A stretch of DNA of 64,000 nt from Macrostomum hystrix (lineage: Eukaryota; Animalia; Platyhelminthes): contig CATNEN010000039.1 of NCBI GenBank assembly GCA_950097015.1, positions 15,314,001-15,378,000 of the forward strand. Reading direction: 5' to 3'. The translations under genes and the position numbers were made by a program. Shown piece after piece: positions 48,710 through 61,010 of the stretch; within the stretch, counting starts at the first letter, position 1, and every line of letters starts with the position of its first letter. The notes below the pieces were generated by a model. It was not told the origin of the DNA, did no database searches, and saw only the letters and a list, made by a program, of their open reading frames with translations.

Positions 48710-50165
48710 CACTTCAGGCTTTCCTTAAGAACCTTCAGTTCTTAGGTAGCTGTCTCTTCAGGCTACCCTTCAGAACATTCAGTTCTCAGGTAGCTGTCTC
48801 TTCCGGCTATCCTTCAGAACATTCAGTTCTTAGGTAGCTGTCTCTTCAGGCTATCCTTCAGAACATTCAGTTCTTAGGTAGCTGTCTCTTCAGGCTATCC
48901 TTCAGAACCTTGATCAGTTGTTAGGTAGCTGTCTCTTCAGGCTTTCCTTCAGAACTTTCAGTTGTTAGGTAGCTGTCTCTTCAGGCTTTCCTTCAGAACC
49001 TTCAGTTCTCCGGTAGCTGTCTCTTCAGGCTATCCTTCAGAACCTTCAGTTCTTAGGTAGCTGTCTCTTCAGGCTTTCCTTCAGAACCTTCAGTTCTTAG
49101 GTAGCTGTCTCTTCAGGCTTTCCTTCAGAACCTTCAGTTCTCAGGTAGCTGTCTCTTCAGGCTATCCTTCAGAGCCTTTAGTTCTCAGGTAGCTGTCTCT
49201 TCAGGCTATCCTTCAGAACCTTCAGTTCTCCGGTAGCTGTCTCTTCAGGCTATCCTTCAGAGCCTTCAGTTCTTAGGTAGCTGTCTCTTCAGGCTATCCT
49301 TCAGAACCTTCAGTTCTTAGGTAGCTGTCTCTTCAGGCTATCCTTCAGAACCTTCAGTTCTTAGGTAGCTGTCTCTTCAGGCTATCCTTCAGAACCTTCA
49401 GTTCTTAGGTAGCTGTCTCTTCAGGCTATCCTTCAGAACATTCAGTTCTTAGGTAGCTGTCTCTTCAGGCTATCCTTCAGAACCTTGATCAGTTGTTAGG
49501 TAGCTGTCTCTTCAGGCTTTCCTTCAGAACTTTCAGTTGTTAGGTAGCTGTCTCTTCAGGCTTTCCTTCAGAACCTTCAGTTCTCCGGTAGCTGTCTCTT
49601 CAGGCTATCCTTCAGAACCTTCAGTTCTTAGGTAGCTGTCTCTTCAGGCTTTCCTTCAGAACCTTCAGTTCTTAGGTAGCTGTCTCTTCAGGCTTTCCTT
49701 CAGAACCTTCAGTTCTCAGGTAGCTGTCTCTTCAGGCTATCCTTCAGAGCCTTTAGTTCTCAGGTAGCTGTCTCTTCAGGCTATCCTTCAGAACCTTCAG
49801 TTCTCCGGTAGCTGTCTCTTCAGGCTATCCTTCAGAGCCTTCAGTTCTTAGGTAGCTGTCTCTTCAGGCTATCCTTCAGAACCTTCAGTTCTTAGGTAGC
49901 TGTCTCTTCAGGCTATCCTTCAGAACCTTCAGTTCTTAGGTAGCTGTCTCTTCAGGCTATCCTTCAGAACCTTCAGTTCTTAGGTAGCTGTCTCTTCAGG
50001 CTATCCTTCAGAACCTTCAGTTCTTAGGTAGCTGTCTCTTCAGGCTATCCTTCAGAGCCTTCAGTTCTTAGGTAGCTGTCTCTTCAGGCTATCCTTCAGA
50101 ACATTCAGTTCTTAGGTAGCTGTCTCTTCAGGCTATCCTTCAGAACCTTCAGTTCTTAGGTAGCT
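48710..50165. repeat. Minisatellite, 44 bp unit TTCAGTTCTTAGGTAGCTGTCTCTTCAGGCTATCCTTCAGAACC
   Basis: Tandem units; the TTGATCAGTTG variant recurs at ~575 bp spacing. Confidence 0.97.
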
Positions 50166-50654
50166 TCACCCTTAATTATAAAAAACTTTTAGGGTGTGGC
50201 ATTCAAGGCACAATAATTAGGAAACCACTTACCGTCATTTTTCGTGCCAGCTGTAAGTTTCAGATTAACCTGAATTGAGAACAAATTTAAAACAAAAACT
50301 AAAAATTTAATTGACTTGAGTGCAAAATTTATAAATCCGTCACTACTGAATGCAATCTTATCGGGCTGTTGCAGAGCCTGATTGCGCCTGCATAGACATG
50401 TAGCTAGACTGCCTAAATTAATTTCAGATTGAGATTGACGAAAAAGTTAAGTAATAAAAGACAACTAACAAATGAAGAGTTGGTTCACAAGGCACTGTTA
50501 AGGTGTTTGATAATAAAACTGCTGCCCAGAAAACACTCTAAGACGACAAGTCTTACAAAACAATTTCTTTTATTTTATTCCGATTTTTTGCTGCGTTTAT
50601 AGATCATTGCTTTGAAAGTCTGTTTCGATAACAACAAATAATCAAATGTGTTTG

Positions 50655-51060
50655 GGATCTAGTGGGATTGGATCTAATAGGGATCTAGTAGGGATGGGAT
50701 CTAGTAGGGATCTAGTAGGGGTGGGATCTAGTAGGGATGAAATCTAATAGGGATGAAATCTAGTAGGGATGAAATCTAGTAGGGATGAAATCTAGTAGGG
50801 ATGAAATCTAGTAGGGATGAAATCTAGTAGGGATGAAATCTAGTAGGGATGAAATCTAGTAGGGATGAAATCTAGTAGGGATGCGATCTAGTAGGGATGC
50901 GATCTAGTAGGGATCTAGTAGGGATCTAGTAGGGATGGGATCTAGTAGGGATGGGATCTAGTAGGGATGGGATCTAGTAGGGATGAAATCTAGTAGGGAT
51001 GCGATCTAGTAGGGATCTAGTAGGGATCTAGTAGGGATGGGATCTAGTAGGGATGGGATC
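50655..51060. repeat. Minisatellite, ~16 bp unit TAGTAGGGATGAAATC
   Basis: Tandem units. Confidence 0.93.
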
Positions 51061-51097
51061 AACAAGGAATAGGATCAAGTTGGGATGTTATTTTGTC

Positions 51098-51978
51098 TCA
51101 GAGCTGGGTTCTCAGGACCTCAACCAGGTGATCGCGCATTTCGCGTCCGTCATTTGAAAATCCGATCGAGCCGTGATAACAAGCGAAATTGCGCAAGTGG
51201 ATTCGAACCCCTGATCGCTGAAGCCGATCGGCGTAGAGTATAGCGTCGCTTAGCAACGGGTCGAACTCGCAGGCCAGAATGTGGGCCGGCGGCAAGCCCA
51301 GCTTATCGAGGTCGTCGCCAAGCAACGGTGAAATGCGGAAGTCGGCAATCGAAGCTGCGACCTGGAAATTTTAGGAACATATCTTCAGGGTAGCTGTACA
51401 CAGGCTAGCTGTACACAGAATAGCTGTACACAGGCCCCCTGTACACAGGCTTATCCCAGCAGTACACAGAAATTACAGTTTCAACCAACCTTAGCTGCCA
51501 CATCCGGGTTGATAATGACATTTCGCCCTTGGCCTCACTACACGGCAGCAACTGGCCCCCAGTTGCTCTCTGATAGGCCGCCTGCAACTCAGCTGTCACG
51601 TGACCGTGTCTAGCTAGCCAATCAGAGGCGGCTCTCGTGCCACTCAAATAGAGACTGATAGAATCAGCCGTGTGATGCGGCTTCAGCACCGGCCGATCCA
51701 GCTGGCTCAGGTAGGACTCGGTGCGCAAGTTCACCGCCTGAGTCACCGGATAAATCAGCAGCTGCAGCTTCGGCCTTCGCCGCCTGTCCCGTCCATCTGA
51801 TGACCTCAGCAGCGCCTGAGCCACCGAAGCCGCCAGCTGACCTCCGGCGCTGTCGCCAGCCAAGCCGATGCGATCGATGCTGACGCCGAAGTCGGCGGCC
51901 GAGTCGAAGACGGCCCGCACAGCCGACAGGCAGTCATCGAAGGCTGCCGGGAACGGCTGGACAATCGACAGACGGTAG
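51098..51978 (-). pseudogene. AADAC/HSL-family esterase, 3' two exons only (51490-51978, 51098-51361)
   Basis: YRL...PFPAAFDDC, GDSAGG nucleophile, LIYP, CEFDPLLSD (Asp) and YHG (His). No HGGG-bearing 5' exon was found before the next paralog, so it is probably 5'-truncated. Confidence 0.7.
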
Positions 51979-52317
51979 CTGCGGGGTGAGACGTGATCAT
52001 TGAGTTCATGGGATCATGGAGTTCATGGGATCATTGAGTTCATGGGATCATGGAGTTCATGGGATCATGGAGTTCATGGGATAATTCCAGGAAGGACGAA
52101 GGGTCAAGCTGGTGGTCGGCAGGGCAGGAGCTGGCTGTTGGGACGTAGCAGTTAGGGACGGGGACGGGACTGGGGAAAGGGTGGGGAGGGGCCTCGGGAG
52201 GGGAGGAAAGGAAGGGGCCGAGGGGGAGGGAGAGGGAGGGAAGGAGGAAGGAGGGGGGATGGGGGGTGTGGGAGAGGGGATGGGAGGGAGGAGAGGGAGG
52301 AGGGGGGAAGGGGGAGG

Positions 52318-52645
52318 ACACCCAATACTGTTAGACACCCAATACTGTTAGACACCCAATACTGTTAGACACCCAATACTGTTAGACACCCAATACTGTT
52401 AGACACCCAATACTGTTAGACACCCAATACTGTTAGACACCCAATACTGTTAGACACTCAATACTGTTAGACACCCAATACTGTTAGACACCCAATACTG
52501 TTAGACATCCAATACTGTTAGACACCCAATACTGTTAGACACCCAATACTGTTAGACACCCAATACTGTTAAACACCCAATACTGTTAGACACCCAATAC
52601 TGTTAGACACCCAATACTGTTAGACACCCAAGACTGTTAGACAAC
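52318..52645. repeat. Minisatellite, 17 bp unit ACCCAATACTGTTAGAC, preceded by a G-rich tract (52150-52317)
   Basis: Tandem units. Confidence 0.95.
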
Positions 52646-53672
52646 CAAGACAAGAAATCTTATCTAAGACGGTGTCTCATGTCTCATCAATATATTTTTC
52701 CACTCTCATGCCCCTCTCATTTCTCCCCTTTACTCTTTTGTCCGTCTCACCTCTCCCCTGTGTCTTCTAAGCGTGTCTCAATGTCTTGTTGCCAAGGCCT
52801 CAATGTCCAATCTTTTTCTTTGTGCCTCTTCAGTCTTTTCAGTCGTTGCTTCCAGAGCATCGTTTTGCAAAGTGGTGGTAAGAACAGTGTGTAGACAATC
52901 CCATGAGCACGACTCATTGTGAGGCCCCACCCAGACACTTCAAAATCCTGTCCCTCCGCTCTCTATTATTATTCGGGTTGATTGGAACTTGAAAGTGCTT
53001 TTTCAATCACTATTCGGAATGTGCGATTCAGGATCTGCGATTTGGGATCTGAGGTCTGTCGAATGAGATATAGGATCTCGGATGTAGGATCAGCGGCATC
53101 CCATATTGGATGTATTTTCTGGGATCTGGGATCTGTGGTATAGGATGTGGGATCTGAGGTGCGGAGGAATCTGAGAAAGAACGATTTGATGTGATTGAAG
53201 AAAGTTAACTTGTTTTCGTTAACCTGGCTCTGTCTAAAAAGTCTGTCAAATATGGGCCCATGGGAAACATACATTCGATGCTTGTAAAGTGCAATGCTTC
53301 TTTGTAGAGAGAAACTCCAATAAGCTAGAAAGATTTCTAATAGTACAACACAAAAGTTCATCTCAGAATAGTCATGCATGAAAAAAGCAAAGTAGAGCTG
53401 AAATTTGCCATAGACAAAAGGCGGGCACCCCTGTGTCAGCCAGCGCTGCCATAGACCGAGCCGGCTCGCACCTGTACTTTCTGCAGCATATTGAAGGGGC
53501 AGCGGCCCAAAACGAAGAATCAAATCCAACAACTGACAACACTCGACTGAGCATTCTGGCCGATTCTACTCAGCCGTGGCAAACCTGATCAAGAATTGAC
53601 TGCAGTTCAACTGCCACCTGCCAGCTAATCGACCAAATCTAACTGGGCTATTCGGAATCGAAGCTGGCAATC

Positions 53673-54544
53673 ATGACGACTATGAAGCTGGTTATTGTTG
53701 GCGTGTTTCTTGCACTTGGAGGCATTCAGCTGGCTGATTGTATTAAATGTATCTGGTCGAAAAATGAAAGAGTAAAATTTTCTGTATATAAGAATGACGA
53801 TACTGATACAGATTGTACTCCTGCCAAAGACACCAAGTGTTACTTGGATTATCAACCTGAAGGTTCAACTGCCTATACTGAAGACGAAGTGGTGAGCAAC
53901 CGAATGAATTAAACTAATTTAATTTGCATATCAATTCGAAATCATAAAGCAACAGTTTGCCCTATAAATTTTGCCCTATGCGGAAACTTTTTTAGCGACT
54001 GAAATATGGTTGCGGTGCCTGTCCTGCTACAAAATATTGCAAAGACTGCACGGGTCATAAATGCAATAAAGCGAGTGTATTTAACTTGATCAATGATCTA
54101 GAACGTGATCTGGTACCATGCCTTCACTACGTTAAATCGCTGCCGGATGACAATAATCCTGATCAACGCGGAGAAGTGTTTGGTCCAGATGAAATTTTTT
54201 GCCCTCCATCAGAAAAGTGCTTTAAAATTGTTGCTAAAAGGTATATACGTAATTGGCATTTAAAAACCGCCATCGGCTGTGAAAAATGGATTACAAGATT
54301 TCAATCCTTACTAGAAAATTATCATTTAAAAAAAGATTTAATGCATGAACGATACGAATGCAGACCAAACGCAGAAAAATCAGATTGTATCCCATTAGGA
54401 ATGTACACTCCGACTACAACCCCGACTACAACCCCGACTGCTGTGGATGCTTCGCACCAAAATTTGCTGTTCGTATCCGTAGTGCTCGGCTGCACGACGC
54501 TGCTAACGATGCTGCTTGCACAGTTTATTTGGTTTTGTTGTTGA
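53673..54544 (+). CDS. Secreted/GPI-anchored Ly6/uPAR (three-finger)-like protein, two Cys-rich domains; exons 53673-53891, 53996-54544
   Basis: Signal peptide MKLVIVGVFLALGGIQLADC. Domain 1 IKC...C...KCY...|RLKYGCGAC...CKDCTGHKCN. Second Cys-rich unit, TPTTTPTTTP spacer, hydrophobic C-terminal tail. Confidence 0.7.
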
Positions 54545-54790
54545 TTTTTTAAATTTTATTTTGAATCTTCTTTTCATTTTTTATGTACTGAATGTACTGA
54601 ATGTACTGAAAGCTCTGTCTGAAAATGTGCTGAAAAATCTAGGCGCCAAAAGTCTCCTCTCAATAATAACAAATAATCTTAATAACAAAAACTGACCGAT
54701 TTCCGTTGCAAATCCCAAGCATGCCAGGCTTGTCATATTTTATGACAAAATATACATATATATCTGTTCCGAATTATTTATATATATATA

Positions 54791-55581
54791 TGAGAACACT
54801 AATCTGAGATTGCTCAGGTGAGATTAAGAACACTCAGATCAAAGACTGATCAGGTGAGATTGAGAACACTCAAATCAAAGACTGATCAGGTGAGATTGAG
54901 AACACTCAAATCAAAGACTGATCAGGTGAGATTGAGAACACTCAAATCAAAGACTCATAAGGTGAGATGGAGAATCACATAAAAGAATATGAAAAATGAA
55001 ATTTAAGTTTCAATAAAATTTAAATTTAAGTCGGCTTACTTAAAAAACAGAGGTCTGACCACAGTGCCGCCATGCCTGTGAGTCCGGTGAAACAGGGTGT
55101 ACAGGTGCGGATTAAGCCTGTATCGCTGTCTGACGACCCGAACCATTTGTTGGACACACTGGGGACACACCTGCTGATACACAGCCGGGTCCTGATCCTG
55201 CGGTGTTGTAGGTCAAGTCTTTGACATTACTATCAGCTGCTTGGCAAAATAGCTGCCGCGTGTGTTGTAAATACGGTGAAAACCTACTAAAGGAGCTAAT
55301 ACACCTGTTACTTTGACAGCTAATACACCTGTTACTTTGACAGCTAATACACCTGTTACTTTGACAGCTAATACACCTGTTGCTTTGACAGCTAATACAC
55401 CTGTTGCTTTGACAGCTAATACACCTGTTACTTTGACAGCTAATACACATGTTACTTTGACAGCAAATAAACATGTTACTTTGACAGCTAAATCATATGT
55501 TACATTGACAGCTAATACACATGTTACTTTGAAAGCTTAAACACCTGTTATATTGACAGACTAACACGTGTTTTTTGACAG
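54791..55581 (-). pseudogene. Orphan duplicate of one GH31 exon (55040-55197) with flanking introns
   Basis: Near-identical to ~39302-40160 (exon [14 protein letters not shown]...VVRPLFF). Confidence 0.9.
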
Positions 55582-55582
55582 T

Positions 55583-55830
55583 CGAGGTGGACCTGGGGGA
55601 GAGAGGGGAAGCCTGAGGTTGTCTGGGGGAGAGGGGGGAAGCCTGAGGTGGACCTGGGGAGAGAGGGGAAGCCTGAGGTGGACCGGGGGGGAGAGAGGAG
55701 AAGCCTGAGGTGGACCTGGGGAGAGAGGGGAAGCCTGAGGTGGACCGGGGGGAGAGAGGGGAAGCCTGAGGTGGACCTGGGGGAGAGAGGGGAAGCCTGA
55801 GGTGGACCTGGGGAGAGAGGGGAAGCCTGA
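55583..55830. repeat. G-rich minisatellite, ~29 bp unit GAGGTGGACCTGGGGAGAGAGGGGAAGCCT-like
   Basis: Tandem units at the junction of two duplicated fragments. Confidence 0.9.
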
Positions 55831-55832
55831 GG

Positions 55833-56171
55833 GGCGTGTTTCTTGCACTTGGAGGCATTCAGCTGGCTGATTGTATTAAATGTATCTGGTCGAAAAATGA
55901 AAGAGTAAAATTTTCTGTATATAAGAATGACGATACTGATACAGATTGTACTCCTGCCAAAGACACCAAGTGTTACGTGGATTATCAACCTGAAGGTTCA
56001 ACTGCCTATACTGAAGACGAAGTGGTGAGCGACCGAATGAATTAAACTAATTTAATTTGCATATCAATTCGAAATCATAAAGCAACAGTTTGCCCTATAA
56101 ATTTTGCCCTATGCGGAAACTTTTTTAGCGACTGAAATATGGTTGTGGCGCCTGTCCTGCTACAAAATATT
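55833..56171 (+). pseudogene. Partial duplicate of the Ly6-like gene (part of exon 1, intron, start of exon 2)
   Basis: Near-identical to 53700-54038; lacks the start codon and 3' end. Confidence 0.9.
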
Positions 56172-56172
56172 C

Positions 56173-56376
56173 TTCGCCTGATCTCCTGATCTCCCATCGC
56201 CTGATCTCCCATCGCCTGATCTCCCATCGCCTGATCTCCCATCGCGTCATCTCCCATCGCCTGATCTCCCATCGCCTCATCTCCCGTTGCCTGATCTCCC
56301 ATTGCCTGATCTCCCATTGCCTGTTCTCTCATTGCCTGTTCTCCCATCGCCTCATCTCCCGTCGCCTTATCTCCCA
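56173..56376. repeat. Minisatellite, 15 bp unit CGCCTGATCTCCCAT
   Basis: Tandem units ending in a CAG acceptor-like site. Confidence 0.9.
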
Positions 56377-57899
56377 CAGTTCAGCGACACGGCCGGGCAC
56401 CGCAGGCAGTGCCGCAACACCTGGCAAGATGAGAGCGGTGTGTACGCCAATACTCACCTGACAAAGCAGGCGTACGCATACAAGAATCCGCTAACAGAGG
56501 AAGTTCACACGCTCCTGTCTGAGTATCAGAAATGTGGCGAGAAGCGAAGTGAATTTGAAAAGGTCAAGCAAATTTTACAGTCTGGAAGAAAATTATTTGG
56601 ACCAAATTAGCTATACTTTTTACAGAACCAACAAGGCTAAGCTATGAATATTTTACTACAAACTGTTGGCTTTAAATTCCTTTGCAACGTGTCTTCATTA
56701 TTTATAGTCGTGTTATGATTGCTGTAATGTTACAATTTCGCGAATTTTTGTAACTGTTGAACGCGACATCACTCAATGATAAGAGTCGTATCGATCGACG
56801 CATTTTTAAGCGAACTATCAAGATTCGGTATTTTCACTTCCCGTTTTTCTTTTCTACATGGTTATTTTGTAGAAAACTGTAAACCTGAGCTGTACATCAT
56901 TTTGAATAAATTGAGGCTCTTAACGAATCGTTAATTTCGTTTAATTTTCGTTTAGCTTGCTTTTCTAGCTTTTTCTGTGATCTTTTTTACCTACCATGTA
57001 CAACAAATCCACGTACATCCAATTTTAGTGTACCCTCCAAAGCCAATCTCACAAACACGTGCGCTTGAGGCTCTCTACGTTATAACCAGTAAAAAGAGTT
57101 TTCTTACTTGTTCTCATATTCTGTGTTTCGCGATCAGTGAATTTAAGGCTCTCTACGTAGTATTCATTCCAAACACCACCCTTCAAGACCTTTTTAGGCT
57201 CTAGACTTTCCTTTAATTTGAATTGTGGCTGTTCATCAAAACTAAAGTTAAATACTTATTTTCGACACTTGCGATTTTCTAAAATAAGATGTGCATTTCG
57301 TCAGTGTCTCATCCAGTCCAGTTATTGTACATTTGCCTCAGAATGCTATGCAACTAGTGCAGTCTAACCATGAGCCATTCTCAATCCGACTCCTCCGTAA
57401 CGACGGAATCTCTAGTGCCAATCACAGCACAGCATGTGCAGTCTCAGCGGCAGCCCGTACAATAGCTCGTGTTGGAAGACAGGTGGTCCGTGCTAACTGT
57501 GTGAGAAGGAGATCAGCCGCGACACTCAGATGCTCCATTCCTGTATTGCTACGACTACTTGGGAATCACCTCACTCCAATCCCATGGCAGAAGAATTGTA
57601 CACTATTATTATTATTATTATTGGGTGCTGATTTTTTGTTTATTTGATGTTTGAGTCTGAACAATTCGATTTTTTAAAAAGAAGGCGATAGGAAAACAGT
57701 AGCATGCATAATGTTAATTTTAGGTGAATAAAATAAAAAAACAATTTAAAAAATAAACAAAGGCAATTAAACAAAAAATGTAATATTGCAATTTAAAGAA
57801 AAAAGTAAAACTGACCGAAAGAAGAATAGCTATTGTGTTTTTGCATTCTAACTTGGGCCTCAGGGCAGTGGCTTTTTTATCTTGCTTTCTTTCTGTTAA

Positions 57900-58650
57900 T
57901 TCTGTGCTTTCCAGTGTCATTAAAAGCAAGCGATAGACCGGAAATACGAACGTTAGCAGTGAAAGGGACCCAAACAGAAGTACTGCTCGTCGACTCCAGT
58001 GTTGCTCTATGGACGCTGATGGACACGGACCTTAAACGGTTGAAAGCGGTTGAAGGTGTCGCAGCGGTCCTGAGTGAGATCAAGCAGCTAGCACACCGGC
58101 TTTCTATGGATGACTATATACACAAAACCCGAAATACGTTCCAATCGTTGATTTCTTCACTAAGTCACAATATTGAGGCCCGGCTGCTGGCCAGACAAGC
58201 AGAGATTCGTAAAACACTGAACACGAGTAAAGCAGAATCAACTAACCAAACAAATCAAATGATTGCTTCAACCAAAGACTTACACATTGCCGAAGAACGT
58301 GCAACAAAAGAGGAGTTGCATGATAAAATCAGAGAGATGCATAGCCAGCCGAAACAGGTGTCAAGCCCAAGCAGGACATATGCGGAAGCCCTAAAATCTC
58401 AAACAGCATCATCAGCACCATCGAGAAGCGAGCAGCCGACAAGACCTCCAGAAATCTCGTTCCGGCAGCGCCAGCAGAACAAGCAGCTCGACACCCAAAA
58501 AGGTTGAGTCGACATACAAAGTAGTGTCAGCGATTGCAGAGGGATCGGCAAACCATCATGGGAGCTGTCAGCACCTTGTCATTCTTCCCGAAAAGAACAC
58601 CACAGTTGCACAAATATTCGAAGGCGAGCTGAAGGACTACAATGTAAACC
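57900..58650 (+). mobile_element. Possible LINE ORF1 remnant
   Basis: Coiled-coil-like stretch followed by RTYAEALKS and a P/Q-rich linker typical of non-LTR ORF1; adjacent to an ORF2 fragment. Confidence 0.4.
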
Positions 58651-58655
58651 ATCGC

Positions 58656-59220
58656 CTACTGGCTACTGAATAGGCAGCAGAGGAAGGCAATTCCCCTTGG
58701 TCCAAGATGCTTCAGGACGATTGGGGAAAGGCCATCCGGTCCGGTGGCTTCGGACGGCGAAGAGCTTTTGATGGCCGACGTGACCTCCCTGGACGTGAGC
58801 AGGAAGCCATTGGTGGGGGAAAGTCTGATGTCCCTTTTGAGGCGTCTGTCGTCCGGGGTGGCCGGATGAATTTGATCAAAGAACTGCCTGTTGGAGGCCT
58901 TGGCAATGCGTTTGGGATCAGTTAAGGGAAGCTCGTCAAAAAGGATGCCAGCTTTGTGGCCTTTACCGCTTAGGTTCTTGATGGTTCGCCACAATTCAGA
59001 GACCAGGTGCTTGATGCTGAACTGCTCAAGCTTTTCCCTCCAGTTCGCCCGGCGAAAGTTGGAGCAGATCTGGTTGATTTCGTCTTGAATGATGGTGATA
59101 GCTTCCGACTGCGGGTTATCCGTGAGAATGAGGTCTCTTTGCTTGCAGAGGGCGTCGGCTTCCGGTGGGAAGTGGGGACGAAAATGTTGAAGTTTCCCAT
59201 CTCGCGTGTGTGCCAAACTT
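58656..59220 (-). mobile_element. Non-LTR retrotransposon (LINE) ORF2 fragment, linker leading into RT
   Basis: WREKLEQF, LWRTIKNL, F.LT..EV..AIK....SEATGPDGLSPIVLKHLGPRGIAFL..LF. Confidence 0.85.
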
Positions 59221-61010
59221 GGTTTCGCTGTCACGTGCATATTTATTCTCACGTGACTAGCCTCATTGTTCGTCTTAAAGTGATCCAATAGCGTAGAACT
59301 AGTTATGATTCTAAGGCAAGTCACTGACGTCAGTTGCTATTTTTAGAAATCATGTGATTCTTGTGATACTTTTAATGGGCCGGTTCCTGGACAATGGATA
59401 TAAAAAAATTAGTATGCGCTTTAGGGATCGAATCTGCCCATACAAATCTCACCTGATAGCAAATACAGTAATGCCGCTTCGTTCAACCAACTCGTAGATG
59501 AGCTGAGCTGAGAAGTGCGGCGCCCTATAGCCCTAGAATCCGCCGTGGATGAAAATTAGGCCGGACCTCGACAAGCCAGGTTCTAATTGGTGCAGTTGAA
59601 AACTGGTCGAATCAATTTAACAATTGAGGCTACGTAAAGCGTTTTTTTCTAATTTGCGATTCCAAAAATATAGTTTTCTCACCAGCACCCATGCCAGCCT
59701 CAGCACTCCAAGCCACGATAGTCCCAGAATTAGAGAAATTAACCTCCTTAGCCAACACCCTGCTGTTGTTGTTCATGGCTGGCATGAGGGCAGTGGCTAC
59801 CCGCTGATGCAACTGTAGTGTCAGCTTGTTTGCCCTTCTATTTGCCCTTCTATTGTTATTATTCAGTACTTATTTTTAGACACGTGTATTTTGCTAAGAG
59901 TTCACCCACGCCAAGCCGGGCCGGACCAGCTGGGGGAAAGGACGCCCACCACCCCGCGAGCGCTACCCCTGGGCTACGGTCCCGGCCAATCAGCGAGCGA
60001 CCCGGCCTCACTACCTGTCTACCCTCGGCAAGAAGCGACCCCGGGGCTCAGAACGGCGGTCGCAAGTCTACTGCGATTTGTCGCCTTGGCTCAAGCTACA
60101 GCCAGGCATCCACCTCGCCGATCGACCTAATTTAAGGTTAAAATGACTCTATATAACGAAGCGTGCTTTTGTAGTCCAAATTATCTTTTTCTCCGCAATC
60201 CGCCTCACACTGTGAGAAGCACGTGCAAACCAGTCCACTTGTTTTGTCCCTCCCCGCCCGACCACGCTCCGCTTGTTCAGTTAGGTAGCTTTCGGCGCTA
60301 CGCGTCTTGAGAGTGCGCCGCTGACAAGGGTGGTCTAGATAGGCGCTTGTTGTCGAAGTCAGTACGTGCTCTCTTCGGAGACTCCGCCGTCAGGCAGAAG
60401 GAGTGCCAACCGATAGGATCTGTCGGGGCAGCGCTGAAAGTAGAGACAACCGGAGCCTCTCGGGAAGAGTAGGCGCGGATGTAGGCCAGTTAAGTAAAAA
60501 TTGTTATATCCAAATTGCTAGACCAGACTTGCTTCTCACTGTGAGCACGCTATAATTTATTTCCGTGTGAACATCTATTCTGTCAGTATAACTTTTAAGT
60601 CAAGTAAACGATATTCAAAGTAATTCATATTCGTATCTGGAATCTTAGTCACAGCCGATTAACTCACTCCTAATCAAATTATTCGAGTCTTCGCGTTCAT
60701 ACTGTGTTATTCTTTTTCATTGGGAGTTTCGCCGGGCCGGAGGGACACGCGGGTCTCATCGATTATCTATTCCACTTCGCTCGCTACCCCTGTCTCTAAC
60801 GCTATTTAATTCCAGATTCCCTGCTGCTATTGAAACGATTGGTTGGACACCGACCCCGGTGAATAGTGAATAGTCGCTAGCTTTAAATTCCTCACGCTCC
60901 AGCTAGGACATTCATTTTATTACACAACTGCTCAGCGGTTGTTAGGCCGACCGACTGACAAATAATGCCCTAAAATGTTTTTAATCATGTTTTTCTACCT
61001 AATAAAAAAA

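Noticed and set aside
59895-60060. RNase MRP/P RNA (GGGGAAAG...GGGGCTCA)
   Set aside because: The 5' strand reads GAAAGGACGC and cannot form the P4 pairing with GGGGCT
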